Made by a program: the position numbers and the translations under genes. The notes under the pieces are model-generated. The model saw only the letters and a program-made list of their open reading frames with translations, was not told where the DNA came from and made no database searches. A stretch of DNA of 63,866 nucleotides, counting the filler, from Licmophora abbreviata (lineage: Eukaryota): the NCBI GenBank assembly GCA_900291995.1. It is 12 parts of 12 records of this genome, joined end to end, with 100 filler letters (N's around TTAATTAATTAA, not from the genome) between each part and the next. Parts side by side here need not be neighbours in the genome. Positions count along the whole stretch, not along the records: positions 1 to 4,959 come from OLMU01000817.1; positions 5,060 to 9,498 come from OLMU01000818.1; positions 9,599 to 16,157 come from OLMU01000819.1; 9 more parts are not named here. One strand, 5' to 3'. Positions 1 to 9,789 of the stretch are shown one piece after another; the stretch's first letter is position 1; every line of letters starts with the position of its first letter.

Positions 1-64
1 AAGTTTTTTTTATCGAGCGGCGACCGCAACAAAAGCCACACTACGAGTACCCCGGAAAGATGAC

Positions 65-2014
65 GTGTCGGACTCCGCCGATTCGGAATTCTTTCCCGCC
101 TCACAAAGTATGTGTGAAATGCCGAGAACCATGACGCCGAAGTCCGAAACACAGACTCCGCCGGCCCTCTCAGCAGCCGACGCCTGCAGTGACTTGGAGA
201 GTGGAGTGCCTCCGATAGTATCCTTGCCATCGACGGATGACGAAACCAGTGTCATCGTCATTGAAAATGAAGAGACCTCGGTAGTACCAGACAACGACGG
301 CGACCACGCCCAAATTGACAGTCCATCGACAGCGGATGACTCATTCCTGGCAACACTGCAGAGTGGTTTCGATCGGGATATGGACGACCTAAACAGCAGC
401 GGAGAGGGGCAACTGCCTCCTACTCGATCGGTGACTCCACGAACCGTTGGTCTGTCTGGCGCTTTGAAGCAGGTCCGTGAGGAAACTTCCGAACATGGCA
501 GTGCAGAACCCACGAGTATGACACGTCCCGAGCATCCTAGCCACGTTCACGTTACCTTTGTTGAGGAGGATGCGATTCAAAAAAGAAGTGTCCAGAAGAA
601 TGGAAGTGTTAAAGATTCAGCAAGTAGTTTGCACCCTTCACTGTCACACGAAGAAAAGCTGAAGAAGCGAAAGAGCTGGTTGCCGTTCGATGTGGACAAG
701 AATGCTCTTCACTTCGGTGTACGGATTTCAGCTGTCTTGACTGTCAGTTCTCTATTTGTTTTGGCACAGCCACCGGATACACAAGCGTATCCTCAGGGTT
801 TGTGGGTGTTCATTTCCGCCTTGATTGTATCGTGGTTCCCGTCGCTCGATGCAGCTGAAGTTGTCGAGAAAACGTTTCAGCGAGTCCTGGGGACGATCAT
901 TGGGGCTTGTCTCGGTATCGGGGTTGGGTTTATCTCGATTACTTTGCCAGATTTCACGTCGCAAGCAATTTTTATAGGTGCCTGCATCACAATCATCTCC
1001 TTTCTCTATGCCTTTGTGACGATTCAGTTCAAGACGTCCATTTTTGGAAAGTACATGTATGCGTCGCTGCTGTGTCTCTTGACATTTGGTATCGCCGTGT
1101 TGCCATTTTACACACACGATCACCCCAAATGGAAGAATGGTGTCTTTCGAGTTATCAATGTCATTGTCGGCTGTATAATTGGAGGTGTCGGTGCACTGTT
1201 GTTGTGGCCGCGGTCGACGAAAGGGATGCTGCGCGACAAGATACAGGCGCAAGTCCAACTTGCTGGGGAGTCGTCGGCGGCCGTTCTGGCGTATGCCGCC
1301 GACACGTTTCGGCGAAGCTACAGCGACAGAAGGTCAGTGGTGATTCCAGCTTCGTATCTTTCTATGCGTCGGTTCGTGAATAGCGGAAATTATCCCAACA
1401 GTGATGGTGATGATCAATTGAATTTTGAGGTGCACAAGACCTATAACAAGGCACTTGAAGAATGGAGGGGTGTGAATGCCGTCTTCCCACTGGCCAAGTG
1501 GGACCCATTTCTTCGTCTGTGTGGAAATCATGAGCAGGATTCCAAATATCGAGAAGATGTGGCATTGACCTTGGCCCGAGCGCTCCGTATCCAGACGACC
1601 GTCGTGATTCTGGACGGGCTTGTGCGCAACGACCCATCCAGCCACTTCACGAGCAAGCAACTGGAGCTCATCATGCATATCGGTACGCTCATCAAGACAA
1701 TGCTGGATCTTGTATCTAATGAAGACCAAAGGGAAGCTGCATCCGAGGCCCTCCTGGACAAAGTCGACGATGTTCGTGGCCTAGTTGTTCAGCAAGCATC
1801 TGAGGTGCTCGAGACTGCAAGGACGCACAGGCGGCTCTTCAGCGGTAGCGCGGGCAAAGAAGACTACAAGATTCGACTTGGGCAGCTCGACACCAACATG
1901 CCTCTTTGTATCCGATCCGACGACAAAGTTGCGCTTTTGTTTGTGCAGCTTGTTGAACATTTGATAATTCGGTCACTTCGCCTCTACTTCATCTGGCGAC
2001 AGATCGAAAGTTGA
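65..2014 (+). CDS. ALMT/FUSC-like (aromatic acid exporter superfamily) membrane transporter
   Basis: Disordered N-terminus followed by about 6 TM helices with family motifs (W...SALIV, 'KTFQRVLGTIIGA', 'LLTFGIAVL', 'FRVINVIVGCIIG...LLWP') and a C-terminal 'AKWDP' (WEP-like). Start uncertain; first in-frame ATG about 110. Confidence 0.75.
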   Translation: MSDSADSEFFPASQSMCEMPRTMTPKSETQTPPALSAADACSDLESGVPPIVSLPSTDDETSVIVIENEETSVVPDNDGDHAQIDSPSTADDSFLATLQSGFDRDMDDLNSSGEGQLPPTRSVTPRTVGLSGALKQVREETSEHGSAEPTSMTRPEHPSHVHVTFVEEDAIQKRSVQKNGSVKDSASSLHPSLSHEEKLKKRKSWLPFDVDKNALHFGVRISAVLTVSSLFVLAQPPDTQAYPQGLWVFISALIVSWFPSLDAAEVVEKTFQRVLGTIIGACLGIGVGFISITLPDFTSQAIFIGACITIISFLYAFVTIQFKTSIFGKYMYASLLCLLTFGIAVLPFYTHDHPKWKNGVFRVINVIVGCIIGGVGALLLWPRSTKGMLRDKIQAQVQLAGESSAAVLAYAADTFRRSYSDRRSVVIPASYLSMRRFVNSGNYPNSDGDDQLNFEVHKTYNKALEEWRGVNAVFPLAKWDPFLRLCGNHEQDSKYREDVALTLARALRIQTTVVILDGLVRNDPSSHFTSKQLELIMHIGTLIKTMLDLVSNEDQREAASEALLDKVDDVRGLVVQQASEVLETARTHRRLFSGSAGKEDYKIRLGQLDTNMPLCIRSDDKVALLFVQLVEHLIIRSLRLYFIWRQIES

Positions 2015-2141
2015 CGAGTGATCTACATGGCCTTGGTCGCTTTGACGGACGACGAGGCTTACACATACTGTATTACATTTAAAAAAGATTTGTTGCACAA
2101 TACTGGATGTCTACTTTTTCGGAAGTTCTAATAGATCGATC

Positions 2142-3575
2142 CTATATTCTATCGTGGCATACCAGTCGCTCTAGAAACATTCTTCGGGCAGCATCGGTCA
2201 AAATTTCGTCCAGCGCCAGGTCTTCCATCATTACCTTGGCCTGCTTCTCATCGAGGTATTCGTTTGCCACCCAGCTTGCTTTGCGAATGCCCGCTGCGCC
2301 CAGCCTGTTCACCTCTTGACCATCGTTACGCTTATGTTGCCCAATATGAGGTCTGACACGATGGGTTAAATCGGAAAGGTCATGAAAACCCAGCACATTC
2401 TCTACTAGCGGTCCGGCATAGCCAAGCCACTCCATTGCCAAAACGAGATGAAACTTGGCTACAGTGTCCAGCGCAACGCCCATCATCTCTCCTCGTTTGT
2501 CACCAAACTCATCTTCTTCAAAGACTTTCTTGAGGCCTACTCTGGTCGCATCCACAAACGTCTCTGTATACACATTGTACAAGTCCGTTCGTTTCTTCCA
2601 CCATTCCGTAACGTTCTTAATCTTACATCCACGGTCTTCGATACACTCGAATCGAAATTGCGACAGAGCTCGGTCTAGCGGCCGTCGAAACGACGTACAA
2701 AACACCGCCGGCAAGTCCAAGTGCCGATGCGCAAAATTGTCCCACTCGTTTCCGGCGATGCGATAGCCAGATTCCTTCATACGTTTCGTGATATTGGCAT
2801 TGTCCCAGTGATGTAGATATCCAGCTCCTTTGCGCTTACTCCACTCCATGTCGGGCATGCAGTAGTACTGTGGAACGGCCTTCTTGGGAAGATTTTTCTC
2901 GGCCAGACTGCAAAAGTTGGTGCCACCTGCCTTGCGCAAATGCTGAAAGACAATGAAGTTTTCGCCCCTTCGGAAGTCGTGTACCTTGGCAAAGTCTCGC
3001 TGGTCGGGAAGTGTGATTCGCTCTGTGGGCTTTGGGCACGGAAAAAAGTTTTGGACAAGCGACAAATTCAAGACGCCTTGTTGTTTGGATTCAGTGTCGA
3101 CAAGAGCTTCTTCAAATCGTCGCACGCCAAAAGGGTCAATCTCCTCGAGCGTTTGTAAGATCTCTTCTGTGGGCAATGAGGCTAGCAGCATAGCGTAATC
3201 CTTCCATCCCTCGAACGATCGACCGTCGTTGTGAACTGCGGCATATGTCTTCTTCTTTGGAGGGGGTGCGTTGGCTTTCGTCTTGTGCCTTGCGACTGGA
3301 GCGTCCGGTACCTTGAGGTGTATGACCTGATACTTTTCTTCATTCATGTTGTGATTCTTCAGAACGTAAAAGTTTAGCAGGATGGTGCTCAGAAGGACAA
3401 GAAGTGGCACCAGCATGAGCAAGAGCTTTGTTGGACCGCAACGTGGTGCTTGGGACGATGCTGACTGCCCCAATCGACGGATAGGACTCGACGATGGACC
3501 TTTTCTTGTCTCCACATGGCCATTATACTGTCTTTGCATTCTACCCCCTTGTCCTCTTGCGTCTACGGCGAGCAT
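2142..3575 (-). CDS. Type II membrane (Golgi-type) sulfotransferase-like protein
   Basis: Single N-terminal TM anchor, 5'-PSB-like motif 'FQHLRKAGGT' and 3'-PB-like motif 'SFRRPLDRALSQF'. Confidence 0.7.
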   Translation of the reverse strand: MLAVDARGQGGRMQRQYNGHVETRKGPSSSPIRRLGQSASSQAPRCGPTKLLLMLVPLLVLLSTILLNFYVLKNHNMNEEKYQVIHLKVPDAPVARHKTKANAPPPKKKTYAAVHNDGRSFEGWKDYAMLLASLPTEEILQTLEEIDPFGVRRFEEALVDTESKQQGVLNLSLVQNFFPCPKPTERITLPDQRDFAKVHDFRRGENFIVFQHLRKAGGTNFCSLAEKNLPKKAVPQYYCMPDMEWSKRKGAGYLHHWDNANITKRMKESGYRIAGNEWDNFAHRHLDLPAVFCTSFRRPLDRALSQFRFECIEDRGCKIKNVTEWWKKRTDLYNVYTETFVDATRVGLKKVFEEDEFGDKRGEMMGVALDTVAKFHLVLAMEWLGYAGPLVENVLGFHDLSDLTHRVRPHIGQHKRNDGQEVNRLGAAGIRKASWVANEYLDEKQAKVMMEDLALDEILTDAARRMFLERLVCHDRI

Positions 3576-3952
3576 CGTCTCGTCATTCTCGCCCCCTGCT
3601 GCTGTGTCTTGACGCCGCCGATTGCAGAGTCAGTCCGAGACAGCAGTATTTTATATTTTATCATCTTCAATCTCTTTTCCGTGAGGTCTGTCTGCCACTC
3701 CTGACCGCCTTACAACATGAGTTGATCCGAGAGCGTCTGCATGTCTCTCCGTGTCCTATTCTTGGCGCGCGCCAGTCAATCCTCGTAGGCATTCGTGTTC
3801 GATGTTTTCATAAGTGTCATTGGGGTATGTGTCTTAGACCATAACGAATACGTAAATTTCTTGCCAGTCCCTCGCCGAACCAAAAAGTGTGCTAGCTCGT
3901 CATCGATTTGACGGACGGCAACGAAACGCAGGACTGTCCACACGACGGCACG

Positions 3953-4656
3953 ATGGAGTATGATTCTTGTCCTGCTATTGCACCCTTCCTGGGGTACATG
4001 GGAGTAGCGGCTTCAATTATATTTGCCAGTGAGTATTCTGAAATTCCAGTGAAATTAGTCCACGGAATGATTCACTTTCGACCATTCAGTCTTTCACCCT
4101 CGAACTGACTCGCTCACGCCCTGTGTCGTTTTCTCGCTCTGTCATTTTCTCGTTAGATGTCGGTGCTGCACACGGAACGGCGCGAGCAGGGGTCGGTATC
4201 ATGAAATCAGGTATCAAGAGTCCAGAGCTCGTTTGGCGGAACCTCATCCCTGTCGTCATGGCCGGCGTCAATGGTATTTACGGTCTCATTACCGCCATCA
4301 TTCTGATTGGTAGTATTGCAGGCCCCGCAGACGGTGGGGCATACACATACTCACTCTATACCGGCGCAGCACACCTTGCTGCCGGTCTGTGTTGCGGATT
4401 AAGCGGTTTGGGATCGGGTATGTGCATTGGCATTGCCGGTGATGCAGCGGTACAAGCGTGTGGGACGTGGTCGGAATCTACCAAAAAGGTCGTCACTCGA
4501 GGTGGACGCGGTGGCGCAAGGAAGAAGAAGGCAGGTGGAGGAGATAAGCTATTTGTCAGTATGGTGCTGATTCAGGTCTTTGCGGGCAATGTGGCCCTGT
4601 ACGGTCTGATTGCATCCATCCTCTTGAGTCAACAGGTCTTTTACTGTGGCGAGTAA
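3953..4656 (+). CDS. V-type ATPase proteolipid (subunit c) paralog, atypical, 2 exons (3953-4028, 4157-4656)
   Basis: Splicing the GTGAGT...TTAG intron 4029-4156 restores 'APFLGYMGVAASIIFANVGAAHGTA'. Also 'PVVMAG..GIYGLI', 'HLAAGLCCGLSGL' and 'LYGLIA'. The TM4 Glu is absent. Confidence 0.85.
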
Positions 4657-4861
4657 GAGTTGTGTGATGGCTGTCGAGAGGGAACACCTGAGATTTCCCT
4701 CTTGTGCATAGAGCAGCAATGTGCAGCGCAGTATTCTAGACATGTTATATCTGATGACACTGCAGTCCTGTGAGTTACTAGTTTTATTATGCTCTCGGAA
4801 GTGCGAGAGCACCGCAGACGGAAGTCGCTGCCATGCAGCAAAGTGAATATACCTTCATAGT

Positions 4862-6147
4862 CTACGCCGTATGATGATGCGGTTCGTGTGCGCTGAGCGT
4901 AACACCGTCTTCGAAGCGAACCGTTCGGAAGTGAAAGTCCGGTGAAAGCACATCCCACCNNNNNNNNNNNNNNNNNNNNNNNNNNNNNNNNNNNNNNNNN
5001 NNNTTAATTAATTAANNNNNNNNNNNNNNNNNNNNNNNNNNNNNNNNNNNNNNNNNNNNCCTGCGATATAGTCAAGGGCACCACCGAAACGCCTTTCATT
5101 TGAGCAACGCACTCGCATCAACAGAATATTCGGCGGAACACAACAACGACTCCTAGCTAGAGACTCACATTTAAATTCGCACATGGGCGTGACGCGCCGC
5201 GACGCAGCGAAAAGCGCCTCTCCGCGATCATTGGCACCCGACGGCTCGATCAAGTGATCGAACGCCAAAGTCTGCACGAGTTGTTGCACTTCGTCGAGAC
5301 TCAGTTTGACGCGACTCACTTTGGCTTGCACAATCTTTTCGTTGATTTCCGCAACGGTTGCGCCGCGGCCATCATTAATCCGACGCACACAGTGCATCAG
5401 GAATGTTCGCAAGTCGCCAATAAACTGGTGATCGAACTCGAGCTCAGTGTACCATGGTCCACCGGTCAGTTCCTTGGCTGGTGTGAGATTGTAAAGCATA
5501 TAGAGCTTCTTGGCCTTGGCCGTGACAGATTTGACCGGCTTGATAAGGTGGCGACTCTCAAGTGCCTAAGAGCATTAGATGTACGAGCAGAGCAAAGTTA
5601 GATCAGCCAATCAACAGATCTTCCTGTGTCACAGTACTTCTCATACCTTGAGTATCCGATTGAGCTGCTGCTGGGGGATCCCCGTCGAGGACCGAATGTC
5701 TTTAGTCCAGATACCCTTGTCTTCACTTTTTGCCACAACTTGGTAGACCATGCGAGCGGAGACGTCCAATCCATCAAATTTCTCCGCCATCTCATTGCTA
5801 ACGAGCGTATAGAACAGCTCGTCGCCAACCTTGCTCATCACGAGACGTGACTGATGCATGAGTTCGTTGATTATGGGAACGAGCTGGACGTACTCTTGCT
5901 CGGGAAATTTCGCCTTGAGGGTACTATTCGAAACTCCTCCTTCAAAGTCTGGTTCAGAGCACAGCTGAATAAAGCGCCCTTTGAGTCGCTGCTGTTCAAA
6001 GTAGTCATCTCTCGGCGGTGGCGCATCAGGATCTGATTTCACGAAGACGCGGGAAGCTCCCGGCACAATGGAAGAGGTTGCGCGGCTGCGTTTGCGGCCT
6101 GTTGATGCTGGCGCCACTGTGGGTGGACGTTTTCGTACTGGGGGCAT
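4862..6147 (-). CDS. RPC34: RNA polymerase III subunit RPC34/RPC6, 3 exons (6147-5647, 5565-5169, last exon ending 4862 across the N gap)
   Basis: 'VYQVV...KGIWTKDIR', 'KLYMLYNLTPAKELTGGPWY'. Canonical GT-AG introns. The exon phase continues correctly across the gap (CEFK-W-WDVLSPDF...HHHTA*). Confidence 0.85.
4960..5059. other. Artificial 100-nt scaffold linker (N44-TTAATTAATTAA-N44). Identical linkers at 9499, 16158, 22112, 24134, 27650, 32468, 33893, 41062, 48731 and 62638.
   Basis: Identical length and an all-frame-stop core in all 11 gaps. Confidence 0.98.
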
Positions 6148-6529
6148 TTTGGACCTGTTCAACTGAAGAGATGCATGTGTCTTAGAGTCGCCATCGTCAA
6201 GTAGAAAAAGTATGTTCTGTTCTTGCGTGTGATGGTCGGCGGTCGGCGAGGCGCAACGCGGGGCCGCGCCTGGTGGATTCCGAGTTCCATTCACACGTCA
6301 TTCTTTCTTGACGAAACTTCCTGTCACCCGAACAAAGGTATGATAGCTAAGGTGCTAATGGTCGACTCGTATTCGGTATGGGTTGTTGAAAGATTTCTTT
6401 TTAGCTAGATGCGAACAGTCTACAGAATAGTCTGTGATCAATGATAGCGTAATCGCTCTCGCGCATGCCCGTGCCGGGGCAGTCTTGGATTTGCCTAGAC
6501 ATAGCAACCCACTTGCAACGATAGTATGG

Positions 6530-9277
6530 TTACGGAAACGGCAAGCGTTTGCCCTTGTCGATTCCATGGCTTCCAAACACCAGCGGCTTGTACTCGTCAT
6601 CCTTCTCCATTAAAGCTGAATTCTCAAAACGCTTCAACATGCCGCTCTTGCCTTGTATGCGAGCATAGGTGATGTCGCATATTTTGTCACTGTTGAATAC
6701 ACGCCAGTGTTGACCAAAGTACTGGCGATGGAAAGGTACAATGTCGCGGTGGTCCACAAAATTGACGAAGGCGTAGCCTCGGTTGCACCTGTTCTTGAAG
6801 TCGATGGGAAGATAGAAGAAGTCGATCTTTCCTGGACCGTGTCCGTTCTCGGCGAGTTCGGACAGCAGCATGTGCTGGGTATACTTATTGGGGATGTTGC
6901 GAATCATCAAGGACGTTCGAATGTCGTCACCGGTCTCTACGGACGATATATCGAGCATCAAGTGGCGATTGTCCTTTTCTTCGACGCTTGCGACGCGCCG
7001 AGGTGAGACGCCCAAAGCAGGATTGTTTGCACTTCCGCTTGATATGCTCAAATCCGTCGGACGGACGTGCGCATAGTAGGGGACCGCCGATGGGTTGGCA
7101 CCAGGCGGATACTGTGGACGTGTGGGTTGATGTGACACAACGCTACCTGGATGATGAAACGAATGCGGTGCGGGTGCTGCATGCTGCCAGTAGTGCACCG
7201 CATGTCCCTGATTGGGTACCGGCGCAACGTGAACGCCTTGTCCCGGGGGCGGAAGACCGTGTGATATGTACGTCGCGCGGGGAGGGACTTGCATGGTGTG
7301 CTGCTGAGCCACGGTCTGCAAGTTGGCGTCGACCTGTGGGTGTGCAGGATGATAGGAGGCGTGGTTCACGACCATATACGAGTACCTACCGTCTGGGCCC
7401 AGTACAAGCTGAGTCGTCGGTTGAGCGGTCTGTGAGCGATTGGAGCTGCTTGTATCGTCCAGTGAACCTGGCCCGGCTCCCGGCAACGAGTACTGAGCAT
7501 ATCCCGGCTGGGCCTCGGGAGCGGCGACAGCAGGAGACGACGAGGTCGAAGATGGCGAACGCATACCACCGAGGTGTATGCCTGGTGCCGTCGAGGTAGA
7601 GCCAGAAGACGGCATGGACTCATGTCCGATATCTGATGGATGTCTCCCAGCGGCGATAGCCTGACGCCATCTCCCAATCAAGGCAAGCAACTCACGCCCT
7701 CGCCTTCGCACGGCTGGAGACCGCGTTCCGACCTCAACAATTAAATCAGACCCCCATGGCTGGGTACTCTCCAACTCCATCAAGGCCTGTCGTGCGTCTT
7801 GAACGTTGTGGAATTCCGCGATATACCCCGTGCTCCCGTAGGCAGGAGTTTGCTTTCTCAGAGATCGCACTGCCCCATAAGAGGACAGTACGGACGACAA
7901 AATCTCTTCGCCCACTCCGGGTGGGACTTCCGACAAGTGAAGGATACTCTCGTCGTTCGCGGACGACGCATTCAGTGGAACGCAGTACTGAACTCTGATG
8001 TCATCCGCTGGACGATCAGGTGTTGCAAGTCGTTTCAGACAAGACTGTAGCTCCAGAGCGGCGTACTGAGAACTGCGTATATCAAAATAGCAGACAAAAA
8101 TGATGCCGTAGTCTGAAAAATCTGAACGAAATGTCTCCAGTACACCGAATGCCTCGCACGTGGATCTGATGTCGGGAATATACAAGGATGACGAGCGGAG
8201 AATAACCAGTGCCCGGCTCGGCTCCGGGCCGCCCGCGTCCCAAACGAATGGAAGCAGCTCAGACTCGGACCGAAGCTGAGATATATCCAAGGGACGAGAA
8301 GCCGCCCCTGACCCACCCGAGAATGGAGAAGAACGACGTGCCTCCTCTTCTACCGACAATCGTTGCATATCATGCTCCAGCTCATAGTTTGACGGCTGCG
8401 ATAGTGGTGTTCCCGACGTCGCTGGCAAACCTACAAGCTCACCGCGTGGCGCCGACCGTCGGCGGCCCCTGCCTCCGGGCTCCATGACGGTTAGTCCAAG
8501 GTCCTTCGGCGGCAGATTCCGATCGCGAGCAAAGGTATCAAGCGGACGTTCTTCCAGACCGGAAAGTACCGGTGCAACCGGAAAATTCAATGTAGGGCTT
8601 GCTCCGCTGCTTGATTCATCCCTTCCGGTACTACTAGCAGGCTCAGGAGACGACAGAGATCCCTCAACATGCCCAGAACCGACAGCCCCGAAGTGAGATC
8701 GCGAGGGTTTCCCAATCAGCCTCGATGCCGCATGCCGCGATTGCCGTGTATAGCTCAAGTCTCGGCACGCATCAAACGTCTCGTCTACCAATCGTTGCTG
8801 TCCCTCGGGCGATACGTCGCGAGCTTTCTGCTGTTCGCTTGTGGAGTCGTCCATGGACTCCACTAATCCTGTTCCCAAAACCGCCGCCAGATTCGTGAAA
8901 CTCGTAGTCCTTTTGTTATTGTTTCCGTATAGTTGAGGTCCAGTCGTGGCGGTTGATTCCGGTGATTCGTTCCAGAGATATTGATTCACTTTGTGGGTTC
9001 GTTCGAAGATTGGCGGGACGACGTTAAAGCCCGGTGGAGGCGGCGCTGAAAGTGCCCCCGACGTCGACGTCCGAGCGGTGTGACCATGATGGGCCGCCAG
9101 TTCTTCTTGCGTCACGGCCGACGACGAACTCGCCACATCCAAACGAGCTGCAAGGGGGTACAAAGACTCGGGCTTGAGCGTGACACGATTGTTCCCTGTT
9201 GTAGTTATATGACTGGCGTTACTCTCGTGGGGTCCCTCGCCATCGTTTGATGTGCTCCTCCTTCCCATACTCGACAT
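6530..9277 (-). CDS. MEI2: MEI2-like RNA-binding protein (3 RRMs)
   Basis: Diagnostic RRM3 'RTSLMIRNIPNKYTQ...IDFFYLPIDFKNRCNRGYAFVNF...YARIQGK', plus two upstream RRMs ('FVCYFDIR', 'AEFHNVQDA'). Confidence 0.92.
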   Translation of the reverse strand: MSSMGRRSTSNDGEGPHESNASHITTTGNNRVTLKPESLYPLAARLDVASSSSAVTQEELAAHHGHTARTSTSGALSAPPPPGFNVVPPIFERTHKVNQYLWNESPESTATTGPQLYGNNNKRTTSFTNLAAVLGTGLVESMDDSTSEQQKARDVSPEGQQRLVDETFDACRDLSYTRQSRHAASRLIGKPSRSHFGAVGSGHVEGSLSSPEPASSTGRDESSSGASPTLNFPVAPVLSGLEERPLDTFARDRNLPPKDLGLTVMEPGGRGRRRSAPRGELVGLPATSGTPLSQPSNYELEHDMQRLSVEEEARRSSPFSGGSGAASRPLDISQLRSESELLPFVWDAGGPEPSRALVILRSSSLYIPDIRSTCEAFGVLETFRSDFSDYGIIFVCYFDIRSSQYAALELQSCLKRLATPDRPADDIRVQYCVPLNASSANDESILHLSEVPPGVGEEILSSVLSSYGAVRSLRKQTPAYGSTGYIAEFHNVQDARQALMELESTQPWGSDLIVEVGTRSPAVRRRGRELLALIGRWRQAIAAGRHPSDIGHESMPSSGSTSTAPGIHLGGMRSPSSTSSSPAVAAPEAQPGYAQYSLPGAGPGSLDDTSSSNRSQTAQPTTQLVLGPDGRYSYMVVNHASYHPAHPQVDANLQTVAQQHTMQVPPRATYISHGLPPPGQGVHVAPVPNQGHAVHYWQHAAPAPHSFHHPGSVVSHQPTRPQYPPGANPSAVPYYAHVRPTDLSISSGSANNPALGVSPRRVASVEEKDNRHLMLDISSVETGDDIRTSLMIRNIPNKYTQHMLLSELAENGHGPGKIDFFYLPIDFKNRCNRGYAFVNFVDHRDIVPFHRQYFGQHWRVFNSDKICDITYARIQGKSGMLKRFENSALMEKDDEYKPLVFGSHGIDKGKRLPFP

Positions 9278-9789
9278 TTAGATGCAATCAACCAAAATTG
9301 TAAGAATAAAATTGTGTCGCGGGTGAATCAGGCTCGAACAAAGATATAGCTCCGGCATCACCATCGTCAAAGCTGGGAACTCTGAACTTTCACAGATTGT
9401 GTGGTCATCACACGCCTCTGTCAGAAGTTCAGCGAAGAACCTCTCGTCTGTCACACAAGACACATACCAAGTAACACGCATGCTTCGTTACCATAGATNN
9501 NNNNNNNNNNNNNNNNNNNNNNNNNNNNNNNNNNNNNNNNNNTTAATTAATTAANNNNNNNNNNNNNNNNNNNNNNNNNNNNNNNNNNNNNNNNNNNNTA
9601 CCAAGTAACACGCATGCTTCGTTACCATAGATGCATTTATGGCTGAATGTATTTTCATAAATAGGATTATCCTTAGAAGTGACATTTCGGAGTCATTCTT
9701 TTCTCCTCTCACACGCGCGATTCCAAACAATGAAAAATACAACTGGACGATGATGACAGCGGCTGTCTATTTGGGAACCCTTGAACACC

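Noticed and set aside
5004..5015. TTAATTAATTAA repeated 11 times between N runs, superficially a regularly spaced repeat or CRISPR-like array
   Set aside because: Artificial all-frame-stop scaffold linker, always centred in 100-nt gaps.
9465..9632. Direct repeat of about 34 bp (taccaagtaacacgcatgcttcgttaccatagat) flanking a gap; likewise about 32 bp at 33861-33892 and 33993-34024
   Set aside because: Unmerged contig-end overlaps, not target-site duplications or LTRs.
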